From Ignavibacteriota bacterium (GTDB lineage: Bacteria > Bacteroidota > Ignavibacteria > Palsa-1295): DNA of 34,926 bases. The notes below the pieces were generated by a model. That model searched no databases. It was not told where the DNA came from and saw only the letters and a program-made list of their open reading frames with translations. Numbering within the stretch: the first letter of the stretch is position 1; each line of letters starts with the position of its first letter. The DNA is taken from assembly GCA_025357895.1 (NCBI GenBank), contig JANYLL010000296.1, forward strand, positions 1-34,926, in the 5' to 3' direction. Positions 24,796-34,608 of this stretch are shown here, in pieces. The position numbers and the translations under genes were made by a program.

Positions 24796-26255
24796 TGAAA
24801 ACAAATGAAAGCAGACTGGGATACTTATTAAATATTCGTGAGCTTAAAGACAATATATTCCTACCCAAATACTATAGTCCATCAATCGAAAAAAGACTAT
24901 TGGCATTGGGTAAGACCCATGATATAGTATTGTTTGAAGATCTCGTTAAAAAAAAGATTGTAGAAGTCGATACTGGGGATGAAATCGGTAAGATGGCATA
25001 TGGCACAGGTAATATTCCTTTTATTCGAACTTCTGACATTTCAAATTGGGAAGTCAAAACAGACGCAAAACAAGGGGTTAGTTTATCAATTTATGAAGAG
25101 TATTCAAAAGATCAAGATGTACGTGCTGGTGATATTTTTTTAGTAAAGGATGGGACCTATCTTGTTGGACAGTCTTGTATTATTACAGAAGATTACTTAC
25201 CTTGTTTGTATCAATCACACATCTTAAAAATTCGCGTGATTGAAAATGATTATATCTCAAATTGGCTTTTCTTTGCCATTTTGAACTCACCAATTGTACG
25301 TGAACAAATACGATCATTCCAGTTCACCGCAGATATTATTGATACGATAGGAAATCGCTACTTGAGACTTTGCCTCCCTGTTCCTAAAGTGAGTAACGTC
25401 AGAAAGAAAGTTTCTGAACGAATCGAGTCTCTGAGCAAAAGGCGAACAATTCTTAGAAACTCAATGATTGCTGTTCCGAAAAAGATAGAGTCTCTTGCTA
25501 AAGCAAAGATAACAGATATTGATCCTGCTAAGGAATTCGCTTCTATCACAGATGTAGGATTCACAAGAAAGAACACAGAGATCAAGTGGGAATCACTAAT
25601 CCCAAAGTACTATGACCCGCAATTAGATCGAGATCTCTTGTCCTTTTCAAAGAATTATCAGCTTAAGACAATAGGACAATTGGTTGCTGAAGATGTTATC
25701 GAATGGGCAACAGGAATTGAAGTTGGAAAAATGGCATACGGTACTGGGGACATCCCTTTCGTTCGAACATCTGATATTACAAATTCCGAATTGAAAGCTG
25801 ATCCTAAGCAAGGAGTTAGTGAAGAAATTTATAATGCGAATAAACAAGATGTAAAATCAGAGGATATATTTATTGTACGCGATGGTACTTATCTTGTAGG
25901 AACATCCTGTATTTTGACTGAATTTGAAACAAAAATATTATTCTGTGGTGGACTTTACAAAATTCGTGTCAGGGAAGTAGACAAACTTGATCCTTATCTA
26001 TTACTTGCATTACTTAACACCATTATTGTAAAAAGACAAATGCGCTCTAAGCAATTCACTCGGGATATTATTGATACTCTAGGAAAACGTATATTTGAGA
26101 TCATATTACCTTTCCCAAAGGATAAAGGAATTTGCTCTTCAATCGCTTTAGAAATGAAGAGCATCATTCAAGAAAGAGTTAGACTTCGAGATATGGGTGT
26201 CCAAACTGCTTTATATGTAGAAAACAATGCCGATGGTATGAGTTTTGAACAGTAA
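24795..26255 (+). CDS. Restriction-modification specificity (HsdS-like) subunit with two closely related domains
   Basis: Two copies of IPF.RTSDI...DIF.V.DGTYLVG.SCI...LP.PK; TAATG-coupled to the RM gene. Confidence 0.88.
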   Translation: MKTNESRLGYLLNIRELKDNIFLPKYYSPSIEKRLLALGKTHDIVLFEDLVKKKIVEVDTGDEIGKMAYGTGNIPFIRTSDISNWEVKTDAKQGVSLSIYEEYSKDQDVRAGDIFLVKDGTYLVGQSCIITEDYLPCLYQSHILKIRVIENDYISNWLFFAILNSPIVREQIRSFQFTADIIDTIGNRYLRLCLPVPKVSNVRKKVSERIESLSKRRTILRNSMIAVPKKIESLAKAKITDIDPAKEFASITDVGFTRKNTEIKWESLIPKYYDPQLDRDLLSFSKNYQLKTIGQLVAEDVIEWATGIEVGKMAYGTGDIPFVRTSDITNSELKADPKQGVSEEIYNANKQDVKSEDIFIVRDGTYLVGTSCILTEFETKILFCGGLYKIRVREVDKLDPYLLLALLNTIIVKRQMRSKQFTRDIIDTLGKRIFEIILPFPKDKGICSSIALEMKSIIQERVRLRDMGVQTALYVENNADGMSFEQ

Positions 26256-26352
26256 ACAGTTCAATATTGAGATTTTTCTACTTTCTCTTTTCCTGAAACA
26301 CCCTTCCCCCGATCCCTGTTCTTACCGTACTTATATAATACAGAAATTATAC

Positions 26353-28212
26353 ATGTCAGAATTATCCACCTATCTCGATCAGCTTTCTAAAGATTATCTT
26401 GTATTGCATACGAAGAAAGAGGATGCATTTTGGGAAGCGAAAATGGGGCTTGGATCAGATCCGGCTCTAAGCCAAAAAAAATGCTCAGACGCGGAAGTTG
26501 CTGTTTCAAAATTTATTCAGAATGCAGATTATTTGAAAAAGCTTCGCGCATTTTCTAAAGATGGTGCAACGCCTGATGAACTCATTGCCCTTAAAGGCTG
26601 GGAAATGTTTTTCGAAGCGAACGTGATCGAAGATCCGAAGGCGCAGGCTCTTGCAGAGGAGATCATTAATATGGAAGGCGCATTGCTTGTTAAGCGCGGC
26701 GGTATGGGGCTTGGATATATTCATCCGACAACAGGCGAGAAAATTCATGCAAGTACGAATGAATTGAGCAATATGCTTATCTCCGAAAAAGATGAAGCAA
26801 TGCGTAAGGCAGCATATGAAGGTCTGCTCACGATCGGTCCGTTCGTTTTAGCAAATGGATTTATAGAAATTATAAAGGCACGCAACGAACTTGGCAGATT
26901 ATGCGGCTATGAAGATTATTACGATTATAAAGTTCAGAAGGCTGAAGGACTCACGAAGAAAAAACTTTTCGAATTGCTTGATGATCTCGAAATAAAAACC
27001 CGTGAGGCAAATAAAAATGCCGTTGAGAGTTTTATAAAAGAAAAAGGCGAACAGGCGCGTGAGCCTTGGAATTTCAGATACCTTCGCGGCGGTGATCTTG
27101 CTAAAGAGCAGGATCCGTATCATCCTTTTTCGCATTCGCTTGAACGCTGGGCACGTTCCTTCAGCGCCATGAATATCAAGTACCGCCATGCAACGTTGAC
27201 ACTTGATCTGATCGACCGCAAAGGAAAATATGAAAATGGATTTATGCACGGACCGATGCCGTCATTTTTTGACCATGGAAAATGGAATGCTGCGCGGATA
27301 AATTTTACGGCGAATGCCATTCCGAATAAGGTCGGCTCCGGCGTTGATGCGCTCAATACGCTTTTTCATGAAGGCGGGCATGCTGCGCATTTTTCCAATG
27401 TGCTGATGAATGCACCCTGCTTCGGTCAGGAGTTTGCGCCAACATCGGTTGCCTATGCCGAAACGCAATCAATGTTTTTGGATTCTGTTATCAGCGATGC
27501 CGATTGGCTCGAAAAATATGCGCGCAATGAAGCGGGCGAACCGATGCCATTTGAATTAATTGCGAAGTCAATCAGAGAAGGTCAGCCATTCATCGCGATG
27601 ATGATCCGCTCAATGCTCGGAGTTTGCTATGCAGAAAAAGCAATCTATGAAATGAGCGAAGCGGAATTGACTTCGGAAAATATTCAACGTGTTTTAGCTG
27701 AACTTGAAAAGCGAATGTACGCTCTTCCTGCATCACCTCGCCCGATCCTTGCCGTTCCGCATTTACTTGCAGGCGAATCGAGCGCATATTATCACGGCTA
27801 CGTTCTTGCCGAAATGGCAGTGCAGCAGACGCGAAAATATTTCATGGAAAAATATGGCTACATCGCTGATAATCCGAACATCGGTCCCGAATTAGAAAAC
27901 GGCTATTGGAAATTCGGCAACTCCGAAAGATTCTTTGATCTCGTCAAACACTTAACAGGTAAGCCTCTGACAGGGGATGCCCTTATTGCAGAAGCAAATA
28001 GAACCGTCGAACAAGCAATTGCTGAAGAAAAACGATTGGTCGAACATGCACATACAAATTCAACTGATGGCGCTACACCGAATCTGCAAGCAGATATTAA
28101 AGTAGTTCATGGTAATGAAAAGATCACAGAATTTACCAATGGTGATTTCTCAAAAGCGAATGAGGAGTTTAAAAATTGGGTAGTGAAGCATTATCCGAAG
28201 GAAACTGCATGA
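26353..28212 (+). CDS. M3-family metallopeptidase (oligopeptidase)
   Basis: TLFHEGGHAAH, YAETQSMFLD, YYHGYVLAEM; start placed at ATG 26353. Confidence 0.88.
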   Translation: MSELSTYLDQLSKDYLVLHTKKEDAFWEAKMGLGSDPALSQKKCSDAEVAVSKFIQNADYLKKLRAFSKDGATPDELIALKGWEMFFEANVIEDPKAQALAEEIINMEGALLVKRGGMGLGYIHPTTGEKIHASTNELSNMLISEKDEAMRKAAYEGLLTIGPFVLANGFIEIIKARNELGRLCGYEDYYDYKVQKAEGLTKKKLFELLDDLEIKTREANKNAVESFIKEKGEQAREPWNFRYLRGGDLAKEQDPYHPFSHSLERWARSFSAMNIKYRHATLTLDLIDRKGKYENGFMHGPMPSFFDHGKWNAARINFTANAIPNKVGSGVDALNTLFHEGGHAAHFSNVLMNAPCFGQEFAPTSVAYAETQSMFLDSVISDADWLEKYARNEAGEPMPFELIAKSIREGQPFIAMMIRSMLGVCYAEKAIYEMSEAELTSENIQRVLAELEKRMYALPASPRPILAVPHLLAGESSAYYHGYVLAEMAVQQTRKYFMEKYGYIADNPNIGPELENGYWKFGNSERFFDLVKHLTGKPLTGDALIAEANRTVEQAIAEEKRLVEHAHTNSTDGATPNLQADIKVVHGNEKITEFTNGDFSKANEEFKNWVVKHYPKETA

Positions 28213-28691
28213 CGAACAACAAAGAAGAACTTCTCGCTGCCTTCGACGCAGTATGGTCGCATCCATGGGAATCGTTAGAAACCATTGTAAAAGATGTATC
28301 AGAAGAAGAAGCGTGGTATCAGCATCCGATCTATTCCAAAGAAGAACGTGAAGTTGGGCATCCGCCTTCAGGTTCGATACTATGGCATGTAGTGCATCTC
28401 GGACATTGCTATAAATGGTATAAAGAACTCATTCTTGCAATGCCGGAGAGACCACCGGAGCCTTCTCCACCTGAAGCGAAGAATCTTGCCGAAGGAATAG
28501 CGAATCTAAAACTATGCCGAGGAAATTTGCGCGAATGCATCTCGAATTTACGTGTAGATAAATTCACAGAAAAAATATATAATGGAAGTACGATTTCCGA
28601 TCAGGCACGAATGATCGTGCGTCATGATGCCTGGCATGGCGGGCAGATAGCCGTTGCACGTAGGCTATACAGGATGAGAGATATTCCCTAA
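28209..28691 (+). CDS. DinB-family protein
   Basis: SILWHVVHL...RHDAWHGGQI histidine triad; ATGA overlap with the peptidase stop. Confidence 0.85.
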   Translation: MTNNKEELLAAFDAVWSHPWESLETIVKDVSEEEAWYQHPIYSKEEREVGHPPSGSILWHVVHLGHCYKWYKELILAMPERPPEPSPPEAKNLAEGIANLKLCRGNLRECISNLRVDKFTEKIYNGSTISDQARMIVRHDAWHGGQIAVARRLYRMRDIP

Positions 28692-28714
28692 TTTTCAGGA
28701 TTTATTGGCGAAAT

Positions 28715-29329
28715 TTATTTTTTCATGTACTTCCAATTCCTCGATTTGCCTTCTGCCATCCATTCAAGTCCCTGAGCCAATCGCTTATCCCGCGTATCAT
28801 CGGTCTTCGCTTCTTCGAACCACATAATGTATTCTTTGCGATGCGAGGGTGAAAAATTTTCGAATGCAGTTTGCGCCTTTTTATTTTTTTTGAAGGCTGT
28901 TTTAAGATATGCAGGTGTGGGGAGTTCTTTGGCAGACTTTTTTTCACGAGAGGGAAGTTTTATTCCTTCATCATTAAGCTTCATTGCTTCCTTGATATAA
29001 CCCAGCAGAATTTTATCGGAAGGCAAATCTTTTATGCTCACTAACTTCCCGGAGTGACCCATTGCCGCTTCGCTTTGTGCCATTTCCAATAACTTTCGGT
29101 CTTTCATAAGTGCCGCTTTCCAAAAACCGAATACAGCATGATTTTTGAATGCTGCCATTGACATCATCATCTCGCCCTTATAATCGAAATGCGGAAAACT
29201 CCATTTCATCTTCTCTTCAACATCCGGGCAAGCTTTATGGACTAATTCCCGAATATGAATTAAAATAGGTTTTGCAAACGGCTGGGCTTTAGCAATGTAT
29301 GCGTCAATTTTGGGGTTGAATTTTTGCAT
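28715..29329 (-). CDS. YdeI/OmpD-associated family protein (DUF1801 plus OmdA-like domain)
   Basis: IDAYIAKAQPFAKPIL, EEKMKWSFPHF, FSPSHRKEYIMW..EAKTDDTRDKR. Confidence 0.88.
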   Translation of the reverse strand: MQKFNPKIDAYIAKAQPFAKPILIHIRELVHKACPDVEEKMKWSFPHFDYKGEMMMSMAAFKNHAVFGFWKAALMKDRKLLEMAQSEAAMGHSGKLVSIKDLPSDKILLGYIKEAMKLNDEGIKLPSREKKSAKELPTPAYLKTAFKKNKKAQTAFENFSPSHRKEYIMWFEEAKTDDTRDKRLAQGLEWMAEGKSRNWKYMKK

Positions 29330-29444
29330 AAGGATAATAATAAATCCACTGGAATTAAACCAAAATCTATGATTCGAAATTCCTCACTTGTAATAGGTAA
29401 TTTTCTTCCGCAACCTCGTGGAACGCAAAACTGTTATATTAATT

Positions 29445-30773
29445 ATGGAAGAAAAGAAACCCCGAACCCGGAAAGCAAAGAATGGCGGTTTTGATGGCGA
29501 GGACGGCACTCAGACGGTACCGCATTGTTCATTTTGCCTTCGCTCAGCTAATGAAGTAACCACGCTTATCAGCGCACCTTATGGCTCGGCATTTATTTGC
29601 GATATTTGTTCGGCGAATAATGTAGAGCTCCTTCGCGCTCACTTGCCGCAATATGCAACAAAAGCAAATGCCCGCAAAGCCGGGTTATCGCATTTTACGC
29701 CTCGTGCCATTAAAAAAGAGCTTGATGATTATGTAATTGGTCAAGAAAAGGCAAAGAAAGTTTTGTCTGTGGCAGTCTATAATCATTTCAAGCGTATTGA
29801 ATCCGAGACGATCGTAGGGGTCGAAGGCTTTGAAGACACGGAGATAGAAAAAGCGAATATTCTGATGCTCGGTCCGACAGGTACGGGCAAAACATTGCTT
29901 GCAAGAACGCTTGCAAGAATTCTGGATGTGCCATTTGCTGTTGCCGATGCTACGACGCTGACAGAAGCGGGATATGTCGGCGATGATGTCGAATCTATTC
30001 TTTCCGCATTATTGCAAGCTGCGGATTATGATGTTGCAAAAGCAGAAAAGGGAATTGTCTATGTTGATGAGATAGATAAGCTTGCACGCAAAAGTGATAG
30101 TGCTTCGATCACGCGTGATGTTTCAGGTGAGGGAGTGCAGCAGGGATTTTTAAAATTGCTTGAAGGCACGGTTGCCGGTGTTCCCCCAAAAGGCGGACGC
30201 AAACACCCTGAGCAGCCTCTTGTATATATTAATACAAAACATATTCTCTTTATTGCAGGCGGAGCTTTTGAAGGATTGGAAAAAATTATTCAGAAACGCT
30301 TGCATAAGAATCCGATAGGTTTCGGAGCACAATTCCCTCATAAAGATTCTGAGCATCTTCGTAATGTCTTTCATTTTGTTGAGCAGGAAGATCTTTTGAA
30401 ATTTGGTTTCATTCCTGAATTAATAGGTCGTCTGCCCGTATTAACAGCTCTCGAAGCTCTTTCTCATGAGGCAATGATGCAGATCCTGACCGAGCCAAAG
30501 AATGCTCTCGTCAAGCAATACCGCAAGCTCTTTGCGATGGAAGGTGTCGATCTTATTTTCGAGCGCGACGCACTTGAAGCGATAATAGAAAAAGCGGTGC
30601 TTCGCGGTACCGGTGCGCGTGCTCTGCGTTCGATCATGGAAAGTGTACTGACGGAGTTGATGTTCACACTTCCGGACGATCAAAAATTAGAGAAGTGTAT
30701 TGTTACGCGTCATTCAGTCGAAGGCATTGCAGCTCCGCTTCTTATTCGCAGCGGAGAAAAACAAGCGGCGTAG
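29445..30773 (+). CDS. clpX: ATP-dependent Clp protease ATP-binding subunit ClpX
   Basis: C4 zinc finger CSFC...ICDIC, GPTGTGKT, EAGYVG, VDEIDK, RKH loop, IGF loop, GARALR; start placed at ATG 29445. Confidence 0.97.
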   Translation: MEEKKPRTRKAKNGGFDGEDGTQTVPHCSFCLRSANEVTTLISAPYGSAFICDICSANNVELLRAHLPQYATKANARKAGLSHFTPRAIKKELDDYVIGQEKAKKVLSVAVYNHFKRIESETIVGVEGFEDTEIEKANILMLGPTGTGKTLLARTLARILDVPFAVADATTLTEAGYVGDDVESILSALLQAADYDVAKAEKGIVYVDEIDKLARKSDSASITRDVSGEGVQQGFLKLLEGTVAGVPPKGGRKHPEQPLVYINTKHILFIAGGAFEGLEKIIQKRLHKNPIGFGAQFPHKDSEHLRNVFHFVEQEDLLKFGFIPELIGRLPVLTALEALSHEAMMQILTEPKNALVKQYRKLFAMEGVDLIFERDALEAIIEKAVLRGTGARALRSIMESVLTELMFTLPDDQKLEKCIVTRHSVEGIAAPLLIRSGEKQAA

Positions 30774-30779
30774 ATCGCG

Positions 30780-31538
30780 ATGAAAGTCACCGAGCGATTT
30801 TCCGATAGAGTTGAGAACTACGTAAAATATCGCCCGAATTATCCTAAAGAAATAATCCGATTTCTCGAAAATGAGATCGGGCTTGCTTCAACTTCAATTA
30901 TTGCTGATATTGGTTCGGGTACCGGAATTTCTTCCGAGATGTTTTTGAAAAATGGAAATACGGTCTATGGTATCGAGCCGAATAGAGAAATGCGCGAAGC
31001 CGGCGAAAAGTTATTGAATTCTTATTCAAATTTTTATAGTATAAAAGGATCTGCTGAAGATACTTCGCTGGCGAACCACATCGTAGACCATATTACTGTT
31101 GGGCAGGCATTCCATTGGTTCGATACTGCAAAGGCAGCGATAGAATTTAAGCGAATTATAAAAAAAGATGGCTGGGTAGTTCTGATTTGGAATGAACGCG
31201 AGACGAATACATCATCGTTTCTTACTGCGTATGAAGAATTTCTGAATACTTACGGTTCTGATTACAAAGAAGTCAATCACGTAAATGTGTACGGTTCAAT
31301 CGAACAATTGTTTAGCAAAAAAGGATATAAGCTCAAATCATTTCCAAATAGCCAGATTTTTGATTATAGAGGATTAGAAGGAAGGGTGCTTTCATCATCC
31401 TACATCCCTTCCGGTGAGGACTCCAAATATTTTTTAGTGCTTGCAGAGCTTCAAAAACTATTTGATAAATATAAGGATGATGGATCAGTGATCTTTGATT
31501 ATACGACGAAAATATTTTATGGACAGCTTGCTTCTTAA
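30780..31538 (+). CDS. Class I SAM-dependent methyltransferase
   Basis: YVKYRPNYP, IADIGSGTG, IEPN, GQAFHWF. Confidence 0.92.
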   Translation: MKVTERFSDRVENYVKYRPNYPKEIIRFLENEIGLASTSIIADIGSGTGISSEMFLKNGNTVYGIEPNREMREAGEKLLNSYSNFYSIKGSAEDTSLANHIVDHITVGQAFHWFDTAKAAIEFKRIIKKDGWVVLIWNERETNTSSFLTAYEEFLNTYGSDYKEVNHVNVYGSIEQLFSKKGYKLKSFPNSQIFDYRGLEGRVLSSSYIPSGEDSKYFLVLAELQKLFDKYKDDGSVIFDYTTKIFYGQLAS

Positions 31539-32913
31539 CTCATCGACGATCGAAATAATTGTATTTTCGTTTGCAATTTTTATTTTATTGAGCGCCGCTT
31601 TCGTCTTTTACCATTTTTATCATTTCAGATTTGTCTCCTTTGTAAGGAATGATCATACTCTGGATATGGATCCGGCAAGCATTGAAGGGTACAGTGATAA
31701 ATATTACTATCTGCCGGGAGAAAGTATCTCGTTCTATCTATGCTCCGAATACGAACATAACTCACTTCTTTTTCGCAAAATGACTGCACCCAATAAATTC
31801 TATGATGTATTGTCTCAAGAATTTACAAAAAGTATACAAGTGCGAAATCCGGATTCATCGGAGCAAGGCTGCGGATGGAAAAAAACATTAGAGATAAGGC
31901 TTGATGAAAATATAAGACCCGGATATTATCAGGCATTTCTTACTTCTCAGGATGGCGCTGCTGAATATACTATTATCTTTATTATAGGCTCTCTCAAGAA
32001 ATCGGATATCATACTTGTTGCACCGGTCAGTACGTGGAATGCTTATAATACATACGGCGGAAAATCGCTTTATCAAAACACCTTCGAGGCAAAGACCGTC
32101 TATAATCTTTCTTCGCTGCGTCCGAACAATGCTTTCCTTTTTAATCATGATATTCATGTCGAGGTAAATGCCTTCAATTGGTTTGCCGAGAAATACGAAA
32201 GTGTTAATATTATTCCGGATTATTATTTGGAATCGAAAGATGTGCTCGTTCATTGCAAGATCCTGGTGCTTGTTTATCATTGTGAATATATTTCACAAAA
32301 AATGTATGATAACACTTTAGATTTTCTCAACAAGGGCCGCTCCATGATCTCGCTCGGTGCGAATCAATACTATTGGAGAATTCGGTGGCATGATAATTAT
32401 TCCAGGATGGAATGCAGGAAAGATCTGACATTCTTTGAAGGATCATTTAAATACGGTGGAATGTGGAAACACCATTTTCGGCGCCCGAAAAATTTATTTG
32501 GCGAGGATTATTCGGGTTCGGGAATGCATACCTTTGCCCCATATAAGGTGCTTGATTCATCGCACTGGCTTTTCGAAGGGACTCAAATTTGCAACGGCGA
32601 TCTTTTTGGAATGCATGGAATTAACGAATTTGGAATTTGTGGAGCAGAAACTGATAAGGCAAAAAAAACTTCTGATATAGAAATCATTGCTCATGGAATG
32701 AATTGCGATTCTGAAAAAACCGGAAAAAATTACGATGCCACCAATCCCGAATGGAATGGAAATGGCGGTGGCGATATTGTCTTAAAGAAACATCCGAAGA
32801 ATAATGCAGTTTTGAGCACAGGTTCAATTCAAAGCTGTTCAGGTCTTGGCATTGACCCTGTTTTTACGGCAATCATAAAAAACTTCATTTCGCGGTATCT
32901 ACCTTCTCCATGA
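31519..32913 (+). CDS. N,N-dimethylformamidase beta subunit-like (DUF6605-type) protein with N-terminal membrane helix
   Basis: IEGYSD...PGE, TWNAYNTYGGKSLY, SSLRP, HCEY.S, N..YWRIR, HWLFEGT, GAETD. Confidence 0.78.
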   Translation: MDSLLLNSSTIEIIVFSFAIFILLSAAFVFYHFYHFRFVSFVRNDHTLDMDPASIEGYSDKYYYLPGESISFYLCSEYEHNSLLFRKMTAPNKFYDVLSQEFTKSIQVRNPDSSEQGCGWKKTLEIRLDENIRPGYYQAFLTSQDGAAEYTIIFIIGSLKKSDIILVAPVSTWNAYNTYGGKSLYQNTFEAKTVYNLSSLRPNNAFLFNHDIHVEVNAFNWFAEKYESVNIIPDYYLESKDVLVHCKILVLVYHCEYISQKMYDNTLDFLNKGRSMISLGANQYYWRIRWHDNYSRMECRKDLTFFEGSFKYGGMWKHHFRRPKNLFGEDYSGSGMHTFAPYKVLDSSHWLFEGTQICNGDLFGMHGINEFGICGAETDKAKKTSDIEIIAHGMNCDSEKTGKNYDATNPEWNGNGGGDIVLKKHPKNNAVLSTGSIQSCSGLGIDPVFTAIIKNFISRYLPSP

Positions 32914-32962
32914 AACGCTCCGAAAGGAAGCAGTGTTTGGTACTGCCGTTAAGGATAACAAT

Positions 32963-33034
32963 TGCCTCATGGCCTAATGGTATGGCATCTGATTCTGGAT
33001 CAGGAGGTTCTAGGTTCGAATCCTAGTGAGGCAG
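32963..33034 (+). tRNA. tRNA-Gln (CTG), CCA not encoded
   Basis: Acceptor TGCCTCA/TGAGGCA, anticodon arm TCTGA-TTCTGGA-TCAGG, T arm CTAGG-TTCGAAT-CCTAG. Confidence 0.96.
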
Positions 33035-33068
33035 CAATAAGAAAAACATATCAAAGAACAATATATTT

Positions 33069-33098
33069 AACGTTACGATATAGATCGTAGCGTTTTTT
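33069..33098 (+). terminator. Intrinsic terminator after tRNA-Gln
   Basis: AACGTTACGAT-atag-ATCGTAGCGTT followed by TTTT. Confidence 0.75.
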
Positions 33099-33230
33099 AT
33101 TTTAACAAAACTATGGTGAATATCAAGTGATTACCAGTTCATCCCAAAGCCCAGACAATATAAAACTTTCGCGCGTTGATTTGAAGTGTTATATTTGTAG
33201 GGATAGTAGGTATTTGACCTAATTATTTAC

Positions 33231-34397
33231 ATGAAAACTGCAGGAATAATTATTTTTATCCTCTCGATAAACACTTCAACTGCTTTTGCGCAGAGACCGC
33301 CGATTATTTCTCATGCTTGGGCGTATCAATTACAACGAAACGATGTTGTCAAGATTGCTGAAAATAAAACCTTTGATCTGATCGTCATGGACTATTCAAC
33401 AGATGGATCTGCCGATGCAAAATATTCTTCATCTGATATTGCAAAGATAAGACAGAGCGGCAAAAAGACTTTTGCTTACATTTCCATAGGCGAAGCAGAA
33501 AGTTATCGTTCTTATTGGAAATCGGACTGGTCTCAAACTCCTCCCGTATGGCTTGGCCCTGAGAATCCTCAATGGCCGGGAAATTTCAAAGTCCGATTCT
33601 GGTATCCTGAGTGGCAGAACATTGTTTTCGATTACATAAAAGATATTTATAGTCAAGGCTTTGATGGCATATATTGTGACATCATAGATGCTTATTATTA
33701 TTGGAAGACCGAGCATCCCGAAGAACCGAAAGCCGATTCTTTAATGATTCAGTTTATAGTAAATATACGCAGCTTAGTTGCAACATTAGGAACACGAGCA
33801 TTCTATATAATCCCTCAGAATGGGGAAAGCATTCTGCACGAGGAGAATATAACCAATGATCTAAGGAAAAACTTTTTCAACGCAATCGATGCTATCGGAG
33901 TAGAGGATGTATTTTTTCATGGTACTTTAGAAGAGAACAATTTGTACAACCCTGAAATATCCCGGTTTTCGAATCTTCAAGAATTCTTAGACAATAATAA
34001 ACCTGTACTTTCGATCGAATATTTGACTAAAAAGTCCTTAATTGACGAGTACGTGCCGTATGCTCATGATAAAGGATATGTTCCATATTGTAATGTGCGT
34101 AAACTGGATACGTTGTTCGATGGTATCTTGGCAGAAAATTCGGTTGATGGGACATCAAAGTTGGAACCGATCGTTACTCAATACAATATTGATGGCTCGA
34201 TAACTATTGTATTTCGGAACCAAGAATGCAAACAGATACTATTATATGACATGTTCGCCAAAGAAACAGATATAATGTTTCAACCTAATTCGCCGCTTTG
34301 CATATCGAAAGAGCTTCTCCACTTACCTCGCGGAATATATTTTCTCAAAATTATTATTGCGCAGACCGCGTACTATAAAAAAATAGTTCTATTGTAA
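33231..34397 (+). CDS. GH114-like (MJ1477/TM1410-type) glycoside hydrolase with T9SS C-terminal domain
   Basis: Signal peptide; AYISIGEAESYRSYW, GFDGIYCDIIDAY, IPQNG, GVED; tail LPRGIYFLKI...KKIVLL; TATATTTG element near 33190. Confidence 0.85.
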   Translation: MKTAGIIIFILSINTSTAFAQRPPIISHAWAYQLQRNDVVKIAENKTFDLIVMDYSTDGSADAKYSSSDIAKIRQSGKKTFAYISIGEAESYRSYWKSDWSQTPPVWLGPENPQWPGNFKVRFWYPEWQNIVFDYIKDIYSQGFDGIYCDIIDAYYYWKTEHPEEPKADSLMIQFIVNIRSLVATLGTRAFYIIPQNGESILHEENITNDLRKNFFNAIDAIGVEDVFFHGTLEENNLYNPEISRFSNLQEFLDNNKPVLSIEYLTKKSLIDEYVPYAHDKGYVPYCNVRKLDTLFDGILAENSVDGTSKLEPIVTQYNIDGSITIVFRNQECKQILLYDMFAKETDIMFQPNSPLCISKELLHLPRGIYFLKIIIAQTAYYKKIVLL

Positions 34398-34541
34398 TCT
34401 GCCTTGACTAAAACTCCTATGGTTCATATTTTTTTTAGGGTCTGTCACATTCAGTTTTTTTTTGTGTTTTAGGAGTAAACAACAGTTGATCAAGTTCAAA
34501 CTTAGAGATGATTATTTCGATAATGATCTGGCAATCGGCAG

Positions 34542-34596
34542 ATGAATTTATTTGACTATTTTGCATAATTATGCAACTTTTTGCATGATTGAATGG
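34542..34596. promoter_or_regulatory. ARG boxes (ArgR operator) upstream of argC
   Basis: Perfect palindrome TTGCATAATTATGCAA at 34561-34576, flanked by half-matching boxes starting TGAAT (34543) and TGCAT (34582). Confidence 0.8.
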
Positions 34597-34608
34597 TTTA
34601 CTCTTCCT

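Noticed and set aside
26245-26352. N-terminal extension of the M3 peptidase ORF
   Set aside because: Overlaps the S-subunit stop and reads as pyrimidine-rich intergenic DNA; ATG 26353 preferred
14722-33034. tRNA-anchored genomic island or prophage
   Set aside because: No integrase, I found no duplicated tRNA 3' end by eye, and core genes lie between the tRNAs
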